From an uncultured Acidobacteriaceae bacterium (lineage in GTDB: Bacteria; Acidobacteriota; Terriglobia; Terriglobales; Acidobacteriaceae): a stretch of DNA of 64,000 nucleotides. Positions 28,721-38,015 of this stretch are shown here, one piece after another. The DNA lies in NCBI GenBank assembly GCA_963828325.1, contig CAWHEK010000026.1, positions 134,559 through 198,558 of the forward strand, in the 5' to 3' direction. Position 1 is the stretch's first letter. The number at the start of each line of letters is the position of its first letter. Both the position numbers and the translations under genes were made by a program. The notes under the pieces were generated by a model that saw nothing but the letters and a program-made list of their open reading frames with translations, had not been told where the DNA came from and did not search any database.

Positions 28721-29765
28721 AGTGCCCGGCTCCGAATTGCTGGAGCTTGGCGAGGGTAGCGGCAGCCTGGCCGGAATCGATGGCTTCGGCGGCGAGGGCT
28801 ACACCCTCTTTGAGATCGCCGGCGAGGCTGGCGGCGACCAACACAGCGGCCGCGTTGAGCAAGACCACGTCGCGGCGCGGGCCGGTAATCCCGGTGATGA
28901 CGTCATAGAGCAGAGCTTTGTTGGTGGCCACGTCGCCGCCGGTGAACTGATCGATGGTGGCGCGGGGAAGGCCGGCCATTTCGGGAGTGACGCGCGCGGC
29001 TTTGAGCTGGGACTTGCCCGATTCGTTCTCTTCGATGCGGGCGACGATGGACTCGCCGGTGGTGGTGAGCTCATCGATTCCGTCGGTTCCGTGAACAACG
29101 AAGGCGCGGCGGGCGCCGAGCATGGCGAGGGTGCGGCCGACCAGAAGCACGCGGCTGGGAGCGAGCACTCCAATGACCTGCGTCTGCGCATGAGCCGGAT
29201 TGGTGAGCGGACCGACCAAGTTGAAGATGGTGCGGAAGCCGAGCGCGCGACGCAGCGGGCCGAGAGCCTTCATGGCCGGGTGATAGAGCGGCGCGTAGAG
29301 GAAGACGAAGCCGGTTTCGCGGAGGCACTCGACAGCCAGATCGGGCGAGAGCTCGATGGGAACGCCGAGCGCCTCAAGAACGTCGGCAGCGCCGCAGCGC
29401 GAGGTGACGGCGCGATTGCCGTGCTTGGCAACGCGAGCTCCGGCGGCTGCGGCAACGAGCGCGGCTCCGCAGGAGATATTGAAGGTTTGCGGGCCACCGC
29501 CGCCGGTGCCGACGCAGTCCACGAGCTCCGCTCTTTCTTCTTCGGAGAAAGAAAGTGCAACGGAGTTCCGGCGCATGACGTCGACAAAGCCGGCGAGTTC
29601 GGGAGCCTGTTCGCCGCGCGTGGCGAGGACGGCAACGAGCGCGGCAGTTTCCACTTCCGGCACGGCGCCGGAGAGGATTTCCTCGAGGACCTGGGCGGCC
29701 TGCTCACGGGTGAGCGACGCGCCATCCTCGGCCAGCGGGCGAAGCAGATCCTTCACCAAAGACAT
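28701..29765 (-). CDS. trpD: anthranilate phosphoribosyltransferase
   Basis: ORF-track ORF 28701..29912; I prefer the ATG at 29765 (MSLVKDLLRPL...). GTGGGGPQTFNIS and KHGNRAVTSRCGAADVLE motifs. The last codons and the stop lie inside the terminal repeat unit. Confidence 0.9.
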   Translation of the reverse strand: MSLVKDLLRPLAEDGASLTREQAAQVLEEILSGAVPEVETAALVAVLATRGEQAPELAGFVDVMRRNSVALSFSEEERAELVDCVGTGGGGPQTFNISCGAALVAAAAGARVAKHGNRAVTSRCGAADVLEALGVPIELSPDLAVECLRETGFVFLYAPLYHPAMKALGPLRRALGFRTIFNLVGPLTNPAHAQTQVIGVLAPSRVLLVGRTLAMLGARRAFVVHGTDGIDELTTTGESIVARIEENESGKSQLKAARVTPEMAGLPRATIDQFTGGDVATNKALLYDVITGITGPRRDVVLLNAAAVLVAASLAGDLKEGVALAAEAIDSGQAAATLAKLQQFGAGHSSTHHK

Positions 29766-29887
29766 GAAAGAAGTATTGCAGAGCGGAGGCTTAAGGGCGA
29801 AGAGCGGCAGTTTTCTGGCGCCTTGCATGGTGAAATTCCAGCCGAAATCTGCGTGGTAACCTGAGAATTGTCTGAGGTCCAACCCAT

Positions 29888-31063
29888 TTGAAAATTCACG
29901 AGTATCAGGCAAAGGGAATCCTGGCGAAGTACGGCGTTGCCGTGCCCAAAGGCGAAGAAGCAGCCACCTTCGAGGAAGCTGTGGCCGTGGTGCGCAAGCT
30001 CTTTGCCGAAGGCGCTCCGGGCGTGGTGGTGAAGGCGCAGATTCACGCCGGAGGCCGCGGCAAAGGCGGCGGCGTGAAAGTGGCCAGGACGCGCGAAGAC
30101 GCCGAACTGCACAGCAAGAACATCCTGGGCATGACGCTGGTGACGCACCAGACCGGTCCGCATGGACAAAAGGTGCAGCGGCTGCTGCTGGAAGAGACAG
30201 CGGACATCGATCGCGAGCTTTATCTGGGCATCGTGTTGGACCGCGCGTCGGGGAAGCTTGTCTTTATGGCGTCGCAGGCCGGCGGCATGGAGATTGAAGA
30301 GGTAGCGGCGAAGACTCCCGAGGCGATTTTCAAGGAGACCATCGATCCGGCGGTGGGGTTCGGCGCGTGGCAGGCGCGGAAGCTGGCCTTCGCGCTGGGA
30401 CTGAAGCCGACGCAGATCAACCAGGCAGTGACCTTCTTCCAGAGCCTCTACAACGCGTTCATTGAGACCGACGCGTCGCTGGTGGAGATCAATCCATTCA
30501 TCACCACGAAGGACGGTAAGCTTTTTGCGCTCGACGCGAAGATCACCTTCGATGACAACGCGCTGTTCCGGCATCCCGACATCAAGGCGCTGCGCGACGT
30601 GGCCGAAGAAGATCCGCTGGAAGTGGAGGCGAGCAAATACGCGCTTAACTACATCAAGCTGGATGGCACGATTGCCTGCATGGTGAATGGCGCGGGACTG
30701 GCGATGGCGACGATGGACATTATTCAGTATGCGGGGGGCAGCCCGGCGAATTTTCTGGACGTGGGCGGCGGCGCAACGCAGGAACAGATTGAGCACGCGT
30801 TTGAGATTCTGCTCTCCGACAAAAATGTGAAGGCTATCTTCATCAATATCTTCGGCGGCATTCTGCGCGTGGACCGGCTGGCAACGGGCGTGGTTGCGGC
30901 GGCGCGGAATCTGGACGTGAAGGTGCCGATCGTGCTGCGGCTTGAGGGAACGAATGTGGAGGAAGGGCGGAAGATATTGAAGGAATCGGGATTGAATTTC
31001 CAAGTGGGCGCAACGATGAAGGAAGCGGCGGAAATGGTCGTAAAGGCAGCTGCTAGCCTCTAG
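29888..31063 (+). CDS. sucC: succinate--CoA ligase (ADP-forming) beta subunit
   Basis: TTG start; [17 protein letters not shown]..., full-length ATP-grasp plus ligase-CoA domains. The stop TAG lies inside the heptamer array. Confidence 0.95.
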   Translation: MKIHEYQAKGILAKYGVAVPKGEEAATFEEAVAVVRKLFAEGAPGVVVKAQIHAGGRGKGGGVKVARTREDAELHSKNILGMTLVTHQTGPHGQKVQRLLLEETADIDRELYLGIVLDRASGKLVFMASQAGGMEIEEVAAKTPEAIFKETIDPAVGFGAWQARKLAFALGLKPTQINQAVTFFQSLYNAFIETDASLVEINPFITTKDGKLFALDAKITFDDNALFRHPDIKALRDVAEEDPLEVEASKYALNYIKLDGTIACMVNGAGLAMATMDIIQYAGGSPANFLDVGGGATQEQIEHAFEILLSDKNVKAIFINIFGGILRVDRLATGVVAAARNLDVKVPIVLRLEGTNVEEGRKILKESGLNFQVGATMKEAAEMVVKAAASL

Positions 31064-31080
31064 CTTCTAGCTGCTAGCTC
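31049..31080. repeat. 7-nt CTAG repeat array (CTAGCYN x4), left arm flanking the four-helix-bundle gene
   Basis: CTAG at 31053, 31060, 31067 and 31074, spaced exactly 7 nt. Preceded by TAAAGGCAGC. Confidence 0.9.
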
Positions 31081-31106
31081 AAAATCGCCGCTTCGGGAGA
31101 TGATGC

Positions 31107-31463
31107 TTGTCGCAAGATTTCCAGGATCTGACGGTTTGGCAAAGAGCCATGGAACTGAGTGAGGCTGTCTACAATCTGACAAAGACATTTCCGAAGGAAG
31201 AGATTTACGGGCTCACTTCTCAGGTTCGGCGAGCCAGCGTCTCTATCGCAAGCAACATTGCCGAAGGCCGCGCCCGAGCGACGGATCGAGATTTTCGACA
31301 GTTTTTGAATATTGCGCTCGGTTCCACATATGAAGTTCAAACACAGTTGTTGCTCGCGAGGCGACTGAAAATTGGTGATGAGGGAAAGCGAAGAGAAGCG
31401 GAGTCTCTATGCATCGAAACTTCCAAGATGCTCGGGGCGTTTATCCAGTCGTTGAAAAGCTAG
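31107..31463 (+). CDS. four-helix-bundle protein (23S rRNA intervening-sequence protein family, Avd-like)
   Basis: FQDLTVWQRAMELSEAVYNLTKTFPKEEIYGLTSQVRRASVSIASNIAEG...FRQFLNIALGSTYEVQTQLLLA is the characteristic family sequence. TTG start. Confidence 0.85.
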   Translation: MSQDFQDLTVWQRAMELSEAVYNLTKTFPKEEIYGLTSQVRRASVSIASNIAEGRARATDRDFRQFLNIALGSTYEVQTQLLLARRLKIGDEGKRREAESLCIETSKMLGAFIQSLKS

Positions 31464-31490
31464 TGGCTAGAAGCTAAGAGCTAGGAGCTG
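31458..31490. repeat. 7-nt CTAG repeat array, inverted orientation (CTAGRRG x4), right arm
   Basis: CTAG/CTAA at 31460, 31467, 31474 and 31481. The reverse complement aligns with 31049-31080 (about 24 matches plus 3 G:U over 30 nt, by hand). It abuts the sucD ATG. Confidence 0.9.
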
Positions 31491-31496
31491 TTTTAT

Positions 31497-32372
31497 ATGT
31501 CGGTTTTAGTGGATAACAATACGCGGCTGATTGTGCAGGGGATCACGGGCAAAGAAGGCACGTTCCACGCCAAGGGCTGCGCGGAGTACGGAACGAAGGT
31601 GGTTGGCGGGGTGACGCCGGGCAAGGGCGGAACGACGCACGAGGGCTGGCCGGTTTTTAATACCGTCGACGAGGCCGTGGCGAAGACGGGCGCAAACGCG
31701 ACCATGATCTTTGTGCCGCCGCCGTTTGCCGCGGACGCCATTCTTGAGGCCGAAGACGCGGGGATTCCGCTCATCGTCTGCATCACCGAGGGCATTCCGA
31801 CGCTGGACATGGTGAAGGTGTGGGCCAAGCTGAAGACGTCGAAGTCGCGACTGATTGGGCCCAATTGCCCCGGCGTGATTTCGCCGGGGAAAGCCAAGAT
31901 CGGCATTATGCCGGGGCGGATTCACAAGGAAGGATCGATCGGAATTGTTTCGCGGTCAGGCACGCTGACTTACGAGGCGGTTCATCAGCTGACGCAGAGA
32001 GGGATTGGGCAGTCGACGGCGATCGGCATCGGCGGCGATCCCATTGTTGGGACCACGCATATTGACGCGCTGCGACTGCTGAACGACGACTCCGGCACCG
32101 AGGCCATCATCATGATCGGCGAGATTGGCGGATCGGCGGAGGAAGCGGCGGCGGAGTTTGTGAAGCAGCACGTGAAGAAGCCGGTGGTGGGATTTATCGC
32201 CGGGCAGACTGCGCCTCCAGGACGGCGTATGGGACACGCAGGCGCAATCATCAGCGGTGGACAGGGAACGGCGGCCGACAAGATGAAGGCCATGACCGCG
32301 GCTGGGATTCACGTGGTGGTGTCACCGGCGGAGATTGGCGCCACGCTGGCGAAGGTGATTGGGAAGGGCTAA
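31497..32372 (+). CDS. sucD: succinate--CoA ligase alpha subunit
   Basis: [12 protein letters not shown]..., SRSGTLTYE, and the GHAGAI catalytic His loop. Confidence 0.95.
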   Translation: MSVLVDNNTRLIVQGITGKEGTFHAKGCAEYGTKVVGGVTPGKGGTTHEGWPVFNTVDEAVAKTGANATMIFVPPPFAADAILEAEDAGIPLIVCITEGIPTLDMVKVWAKLKTSKSRLIGPNCPGVISPGKAKIGIMPGRIHKEGSIGIVSRSGTLTYEAVHQLTQRGIGQSTAIGIGGDPIVGTTHIDALRLLNDDSGTEAIIMIGEIGGSAEEAAAEFVKQHVKKPVVGFIAGQTAPPGRRMGHAGAIISGGQGTAADKMKAMTAAGIHVVVSPAEIGATLAKVIGKG

Positions 32373-32423
32373 GAGCAGCATTCAGCCTCTGGCTTCTGGC
32401 TTCTAGCCTCTAGCTTCCAGCTC
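32371..32423. repeat. solo heptamer array (CYTCTRG x5) with AAGAGCAGC leader, directly after the sucD stop
   Basis: TAAGAGCAGCATTCAG followed by cctctgg cttctgg cttctag cctctag cttccag. Confidence 0.85.
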
Positions 32424-32766
32424 ATCGTGGGAGAGCTGGTGTTGCGCGCGTGCCGGAGTTCATCAGCAACACGGTAACCTGCGACGGATTACTTCCAGCA
32501 TCGAAATGTCCGTGAAGAGACGGCTTGACTACCCGGCCGGGCAGATAATCAGTGCAACGACACGCTTATTGGAAATCAAAGACCGCTGCCGCAGCTGCGG
32601 CCCGGTCGCGTGCCGGATTGAACCTTGACGTTTTGCCTTGATGGTAATTCTTCCCCGGATGATTGCGGTGTGAATCTTCGCTGCCGATAGTGGCGCGGGG
32701 TTGAGAAGTTCGATCTCGATCGCGACCGGCGGCTGCAGAGGATTGCACAGGACTGCGTTGGTTTCT

Positions 32767-34569
32767 ATGAGTCACTCGTCGCCGGCGCCCGCGGAGGCGC
32801 AGGGCCTTCGGTATTGGTTTTCCGGATTCAGCCTCGAGACCGATGGAATGCTCGTGGGGGAGGATGCGGCTCATCTTCTATCCGCGGAGGAAGCGGCGGT
32901 TCTGCGTTTGCTGCTGAGGCGGGTGGGCGAGATTGTGGGCCCGCTGGAGCTGAAGCGGACGGTCTGGGGCGACGCGCACGTTTCCTGCGATGTCGTGGCA
33001 AAGTGCATCGCCAGGCTGCGCGAGCGGCTGCAACCCGCGGATTGCATCGAGAGCGTGTACAGGCGCGGATACAGAATGTCCGCGGCGGTGCGGACAGACG
33101 AGATGCGGGCAGCGGTCGCGCGGCCGCGACTTGCGATTCTGCCGTTCGCGGTTGGGTATGGCGTTCCGGAATATCTGGGCTCGGGTATTGCGGAGGAGAC
33201 GGCGGCGGCATTGGGTGAGGAATTCGGCGTGGTGGCTCGGGATTCGGTGTTGACGCTGGCCAGGCGGGGATTGCGGGCGCACGAGATTGGCAAGATGCTC
33301 GGAGCGGACCTCGTTCTGAGCGGCGAGCTTGACGCGACGCTCGACAGGCTGAGGCTGAGGGCCGGGATGATCCGGGTCGCGGATGGCGCAGAGCTGTGGA
33401 TCGACGATCTTCTGGTGAAGCGCGGCTGGAGCAGGCAGCTTGCGTCGGAGCTCGTGAATTGCGTGAGCAGCCGGATCGATTCGGGAAGTCTGTCGATCGC
33501 GGCGGTTGCGGCGGCAGGGACGAGACGTGGAGATTCGCCGAAGCAGAACGAGGCACACGAGCTCTATTTGCGGGCGCATCATGAGGGCCAGACGATGGAG
33601 CGGCATCCGATGCAGGATGCGATGGCGCGACTGCAGCGCGCCATCGAACTGGATCCTTCGCTTGTTGCCGCGCGAGCCGACCTGGCACATCTTTCGGTGA
33701 CGCAGGCAATTTACGGGTTTATGCCGGCTTTAGAAGCGGCGAGCATGGTGCGGAGGGCGGCGCAGATTCCCGAGTCGAGGAGCAACGCGGAGATTTTGCT
33801 TCCGGCGATGGGATGGATTCATTTTCATGTGGACCGGAATCTTGGAGCGGCGCTCGACGCTTTTGCGCGCTCGGCTCATTTGCGGCACGATGTGTGGGCG
33901 ACGCGATTGCGGACCAAGTTTCTGTTGAGCCGGCACAAGTTTGAAGAAGGTGTGGATGCGCTGCGCGCGGAGATTGAGGACAATCCGCATTCGCCGTGGC
34001 TCGAGACGGAGCTGGCGTGGGCGCTGCACCTGGCCGGAGAGGCTGAGGCGAGCGTTGACCAGATCTGCAAAGCGATTGCGCAGTTTACCGAGCACGATGG
34101 CGCGCATCTGTATGGCGCATTGATTCTGGCGTGGAACGGCGAGGCGGCACGGGCGGTGGAGCTGGCGCGTGCGCTGGCGGCGCGATCGGCGCACTTCGAT
34201 CTGACGACGTCAGCCCATGCATACGCCCTGGCATGCGCCGGACGCAAAGAAGAAGCGCGAACGCTGCTGGAGCGGCTGCAATGGCTGAGTCGGGAGCGTT
34301 TTGTGATGAACACCTTCGATGCCGCGACGTACGTGGCGATGGAAGAGGATGACGCGGCGCTCGAAGAGCTGCGCATCGCCAATGAGAATCGCTGCCCGTG
34401 GTTTTTTCAGATGCTCGGCGACCCGCGATTGCAGCCACTGAGAGGGCGTCCGGAGTTTGAACGGATGCGGCGCTCGCTGCGGGCGATGGAGGCCGAGGGG
34501 GACACGGACGCGGAGGCCGACCGGGACAATGGCGAAGAGCCGGGGTGGATCGCGGCGCAGGCGGGATGA
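32767..34569 (+). CDS. winged-helix (OmpR/CadC-type) transcriptional regulator with TolB_N-like and TPR-like regions
   Basis: I prefer the ATG at 32767. LLLRRVGEIVGPLELKRTVWGD...IARLRERL...IESVYRRGYRM DNA-binding domain, then LAILPF...EYLGSGIAEE and a helical repeat region. Confidence 0.7.
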   Translation: MSHSSPAPAEAQGLRYWFSGFSLETDGMLVGEDAAHLLSAEEAAVLRLLLRRVGEIVGPLELKRTVWGDAHVSCDVVAKCIARLRERLQPADCIESVYRRGYRMSAAVRTDEMRAAVARPRLAILPFAVGYGVPEYLGSGIAEETAAALGEEFGVVARDSVLTLARRGLRAHEIGKMLGADLVLSGELDATLDRLRLRAGMIRVADGAELWIDDLLVKRGWSRQLASELVNCVSSRIDSGSLSIAAVAAAGTRRGDSPKQNEAHELYLRAHHEGQTMERHPMQDAMARLQRAIELDPSLVAARADLAHLSVTQAIYGFMPALEAASMVRRAAQIPESRSNAEILLPAMGWIHFHVDRNLGAALDAFARSAHLRHDVWATRLRTKFLLSRHKFEEGVDALRAEIEDNPHSPWLETELAWALHLAGEAEASVDQICKAIAQFTEHDGAHLYGALILAWNGEAARAVELARALAARSAHFDLTTSAHAYALACAGRKEEARTLLERLQWLSRERFVMNTFDAATYVAMEEDDAALEELRIANENRCPWFFQMLGDPRLQPLRGRPEFERMRRSLRAMEAEGDTDAEADRDNGEEPGWIAAQAG

Positions 34570-34702
34570 GCGTTCGCGTCGCGAGTGCCCAGATCATCTC
34601 GGGGCGCCCCCAACACGCTGAAGCACATGAGCCTGAAGCGCGGTTGGCAAGGGAACAATCTTCGCTTGACTCCGTTCTGCCGGGCAAGCAAAGATTGCCT
34701 GC

Positions 34703-35878
34703 ATGAACATTCGCTGGTCCCGGCTGCTGTGCGCGTGCGTCGTATTGTTTGGTGGTGTCGTGTCGCTCTCTGGCGCTGCGGCTGAGCCGCCGCTTCTTGG
34801 TGGAATGCCGCCTGTGCGGCTGGAACGCAAGGCAACCTCTCACGGCACCAAGCGTGAATTCACGTCGATTACTCTGCTGCCCGGGCGCGGGCTGAATACT
34901 TTTCAGATCACGGCGAATCTGCCCGGGAAAGGGGAGACCGAGCTGTTGCGGTCCCCTTCACTCGAGGAAGCGGCACAGAAGTTGAACGGGCAGGGGGACG
35001 ATGCTTTCGGCAACCTGAATCACTCTTTTGGCGGGGCGTTTCTGATCCCGTTTACCAGCCGCGCCGGCGGAGAACTCTCCTCCGACAAGAGGATTGTGAA
35101 CGTTGAATGGCACGGGAAGACGATTCATCTGCCCAACGATTATTTAGGTCACTACAGCGTACATGGCCTGCTGAACATGATGAAGGCGGAAGACCTGCAT
35201 GTGACGAAAACACAGGCCGGGCAGACTCTGACTGCGGTGATTCATGCCGGGGACTTCAACGGCTATTGGCTTTCGAAAACCGATGTGCACTTCAGAATCG
35301 CGCTCACCGGCGATGCGGTGGATATCCAGGTGACGGCGACGAATGTGGGCGACGAACCGGAACCGATGGGGATGGGCTGGCATCCGTTTCTTCGCATCAT
35401 CAGTGGCGATCGCGCGCAGGCTCGCGTGCATCTGCCGGCAGACTTGTATGGCGTGGTCGACACCATTGACGGCCGGCCCACCGGAGAGTTGATGCCGGTG
35501 GAAGGAACGCCAAAGGATTATCGCTCGCCGCAGGGCGCGCTGTTGCCGGATGCCTCGACGTCGATTAACTTTTCAAAGCTGACGCGGACGGGCGGCGGTG
35601 GCGAAAGCGAAAAAAGTATCGACGCGTGGCTGGCCGACCCGAAGGCGAATTATGCGATCCGGGTGCGCGGACTGTCGCCGGAGATTCGCACGCTGCACCT
35701 GTGGTCGGCGAAGGGCGACACATTCTGCGCGATCGAAGAACAGTACAACTACATGGACGCGTTCGGCGCGGAGTGGAAGGGCATGGACACGGGACTGGTA
35801 ACGCTGGAGCCTCATGCGTCGACGACGTGGCATGTGCGGCTGGAACTGTTCGATCCGCCGGGTGCTACCCAACCCTGA
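34703..35878 (+). CDS. secreted aldose 1-epimerase (galactose mutarotase)-like protein
   Basis: Signal peptide and a beta-sandwich protein with GMGWHPFL and FCAIEEQ-type motifs. The function call is tentative. Confidence 0.5.
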   Translation: MNIRWSRLLCACVVLFGGVVSLSGAAAEPPLLGGMPPVRLERKATSHGTKREFTSITLLPGRGLNTFQITANLPGKGETELLRSPSLEEAAQKLNGQGDDAFGNLNHSFGGAFLIPFTSRAGGELSSDKRIVNVEWHGKTIHLPNDYLGHYSVHGLLNMMKAEDLHVTKTQAGQTLTAVIHAGDFNGYWLSKTDVHFRIALTGDAVDIQVTATNVGDEPEPMGMGWHPFLRIISGDRAQARVHLPADLYGVVDTIDGRPTGELMPVEGTPKDYRSPQGALLPDASTSINFSKLTRTGGGGESEKSIDAWLADPKANYAIRVRGLSPEIRTLHLWSAKGDTFCAIEEQYNYMDAFGAEWKGMDTGLVTLEPHASTTWHVRLELFDPPGATQP

Positions 35879-35883
35879 CGAAG

Positions 35884-36045
35884 TTGGGACGGGGCACCCA
35901 TTTGTTGGTGAGAAGCGAGAACCACGAAAAGCAAAAGCAGATCCTTCGCTCCGCTTACCCCACATGCGTGGGGCCTCAAGTCACCCCAGCGACGAAGGCC
36001 TGTCGCCGGGGACCCCGCCGGGCGCGCTCCGCTCAGGATGACACG
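35884..36045. repeat. interspersed composite repeat (GGGGCACCC box, GCAGATCCTTCG...CTCAGGATGACA module, CACCCCAGCGACGA-GG-CCTGTCGCCGGGGACCCCG hairpin module)
   Basis: Shares modules with the 27655-28720 array and with copies at 36775-37160, 37770-37810, 43750-43786 and 58690-58725. Confidence 0.85.
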
Positions 36046-36070
36046 ACGAGAGAGAGTTCAGGTGACATCA

Positions 36071-36739
36071 TCATTCGGCGTGGAAGATGACGTCGAAGAG
36101 GAGCAGGCTGGCGGTGGTGAAGATGATGTCGTAGCCGAGAAGCATTTTGATCCAGAGGGTGGGGTCGCCGTCTCCGGTGAGGATGAAGCCGGTGGCCTGG
36201 ACCATGGCAAGCAGAGCTGGAATGAAGATGGGAAAGAGAATGAGCGAGAGCAGAAACTCGCGGTTGCGGCTGCCGATGGAGAGCGCGGCGAAGAAAACTC
36301 CGTTGACGACCAGGGCCCAGGTGCCGAGGGGGAGAACGAGAGCCAACTGCCACGCGTCGCCGGCGATGCGGAGGTTATAGAAGATGAAGAAAAAGGGCGC
36401 GAGTACGATTTGGACGATGGAGACGAATACGAAGTTGGCGATGGTCTTGGCGAGGTAGAGCTCGGCGCCCGGCGAAGGAACCATGCGCTGCGCGTCCATG
36501 ACCTGATGGCGGATTTCGCGGGCCCAGGCTTGATTGAGAGCGGTGACGGAAGCGAACATGGTGGCGACGCAGAGAACGCCGCCGGCGATTTGCTGGGAGA
36601 ATGCGCCACGGGGATCGAAGGCGATGGAGAAGAGCACGACGACGAGGCCGGAAAAGAAAATCATGGAGATCATGGCGTCGAGGGTGCGCCACTCGATACG
36701 GAGATCTTTGGCGAGATGGGTGAAGAGGGCGCGGGTCAT
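36071..36739 (-). CDS. ccmB: heme exporter permease CcmB
   Basis: 222 aa with 6 TM segments; MTRALFTHLAKDLRIEWRTLDAM... is typical of CcmB. Confidence 0.8.
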   Translation of the reverse strand: MTRALFTHLAKDLRIEWRTLDAMISMIFFSGLVVVLFSIAFDPRGAFSQQIAGGVLCVATMFASVTALNQAWAREIRHQVMDAQRMVPSPGAELYLAKTIANFVFVSIVQIVLAPFFFIFYNLRIAGDAWQLALVLPLGTWALVVNGVFFAALSIGSRNREFLLSLILFPIFIPALLAMVQATGFILTGDGDPTLWIKMLLGYDIIFTTASLLLFDVIFHAE

Positions 36740-36774
36740 TGGCGGCCCCGGTAGTGGTTCGAACTGGATGGATG

Positions 36775-37160
36775 GTTCCCCACCCTAGCGGCAAGAACAA
36801 AGACGCCGCGAGGGTGGGGCACCCGGCGGTTGGTGCTAAGTTCGCCGAAAAGCAAATGCAGGTCCTTCGACTCCGGTCGCCAACGCGACCTACGCTCAGG
36901 ATGACAATTCAGTTTTGATGCGAGCTTTGGAACGGTGAAAGAAGAGCGATGTCCCACCCTGGCGGCAAAAACAAAGACGCCGCGAGGGTGGGGCACCCGT
37001 GTTTGAGTTTGGGAGTGGGGCACTCGGGATTGGAGGGCGCGGGTCATTTGTGGCCCTCGCGGTTTGGGTTCGGTGAAGAGGAATGGTCTCCCACCCATGC
37101 GCCTGAAGACTGGCGCATGGATGGGGCACTCACATTTTTGCCTTGGAATGGGGCACCCGA
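36775..37160. repeat. cluster of interspersed hairpin repeats
   Basis: Two copies of CCCACCCT(A/G)GCGGCAA(G/A)AACAAAGACGCCGCGAGGGTGGGGCACCC (36778-36826 and 36953-36999). GCAGGTCCTTCGACTCC...CTCAGGATGACA module. CCATGCGCC-N7-GGCGCATGG hairpin near 37095. Confidence 0.85.
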
Positions 37161-37664
37161 ATTTGAGGATGGGGCAGCGACATCTTTCGTGAGGTCGGCG
37201 GTTTTTACGGGCTCGCCGATGGCGGCGGCGGCGCGGAGATAGTCGTCGGGAGTGAGGATCAACTGCGTGCCGCGGGTTCCGGCGGAGACGCTGATGCGAT
37301 CGAAGAGGATGGCGGTTTCGTCGACGAAGACGGGGTAAGGCTTTTTGGCTCCGAAGATGGTGACGCCGCCGCGGATGTAGCCGGTGAGCGGCTGCACGTC
37401 TTTGAGGGGAGCCATTTCAGCTTTACGCCAGCCGGTCAAACGCGACAACTTCTTGAAGTCGAGTGCGGCGTCGCCGGGGACAACGGCGAAGACGTATTCG
37501 TGCGCGCCGTCGGTGGTGAGCAAAGTTTTGAAGACTTGCTCGGCGGGCATGCCGATTTTTTTTGCGACAGTGATAGCCGACAAGTCTTCGGGGTCGACCT
37601 CGTATTCGCGGAGCTCGAAGGGAATGTTGAGCGATTCAAGAAAGCGCGCGCCGTTGGTCTTCAT
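37044..37664 (-). CDS. ybaK: YbaK/EbsC-type aminoacyl-tRNA (Cys-tRNA-Pro) deacylase, with a repeat-encoded C-terminal tail
   Basis: ATG at 37664. ARFLESLNIPFELREYE...GYIRGGVTIFGAKK...ISVSAGTRGTQL is YbaK-like. The last ~45 codons and the stop run into the repeat cluster. Confidence 0.75.
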   Translation of the reverse strand: MKTNGARFLESLNIPFELREYEVDPEDLSAITVAKKIGMPAEQVFKTLLTTDGAHEYVFAVVPGDAALDFKKLSRLTGWRKAEMAPLKDVQPLTGYIRGGVTIFGAKKPYPVFVDETAILFDRISVSAGTRGTQLILTPDDYLRAAAAIGEPVKTADLTKDVAAPSSNSGAPFQGKNVSAPSMRQSSGAWVGDHSSSPNPNREGHK

Positions 37665-37769
37665 GCCGACGCCCCTTCTCGGGCCGCAAATATGCGAATC
37701 GCATTTTGCAAGATGCATCCCTCAGGGCCTAAAGGCCCCATTGATTTTTCTGTGCTGATGGCATGACTG

Positions 37770-37930
37770 AAGCCACCCCAGCGACGAGGACCTGTCGCCG
37801 GGGACCCCGCTGAAGTCGTGCCCTGACACTTCGTGCTCCCTGAGGCGATTGTTCCGCAGGGGCTAAAGCCCGCATTCATTGTGCGGGGTTTGCGGCACGA
37901 GTAAACTCGTGCCCTGATACAAAGCCTCTG
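37770..37930. repeat. interspersed hairpin repeat cluster
   Basis: CACCCCAGCGACGAGGACCTGTCGCCGGGGACCCCG, GGGGCTAAAGCCC and GGCACGAGTAAACTCGTGCC hairpins, ending ...CCCTGATACAAAGCC. Confidence 0.85.
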
Positions 37931-38015
37931 GACAACGAGTTCCGCGAGTTTCTTAGTCGAGCGCTGATACAAAGCTCGCTCGCAATACAAGCTCTGCCGC
38001 CTGCATGAATCTCGC

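Noticed and set aside
31107-31463. Diversity-generating retroelement, because the four-helix-bundle protein is Avd-like
   Set aside because: There is no reverse transcriptase gene, no template/variable repeat pair and no adenine-mutagenesis target gene in the neighbourhood. Only the family relationship holds.
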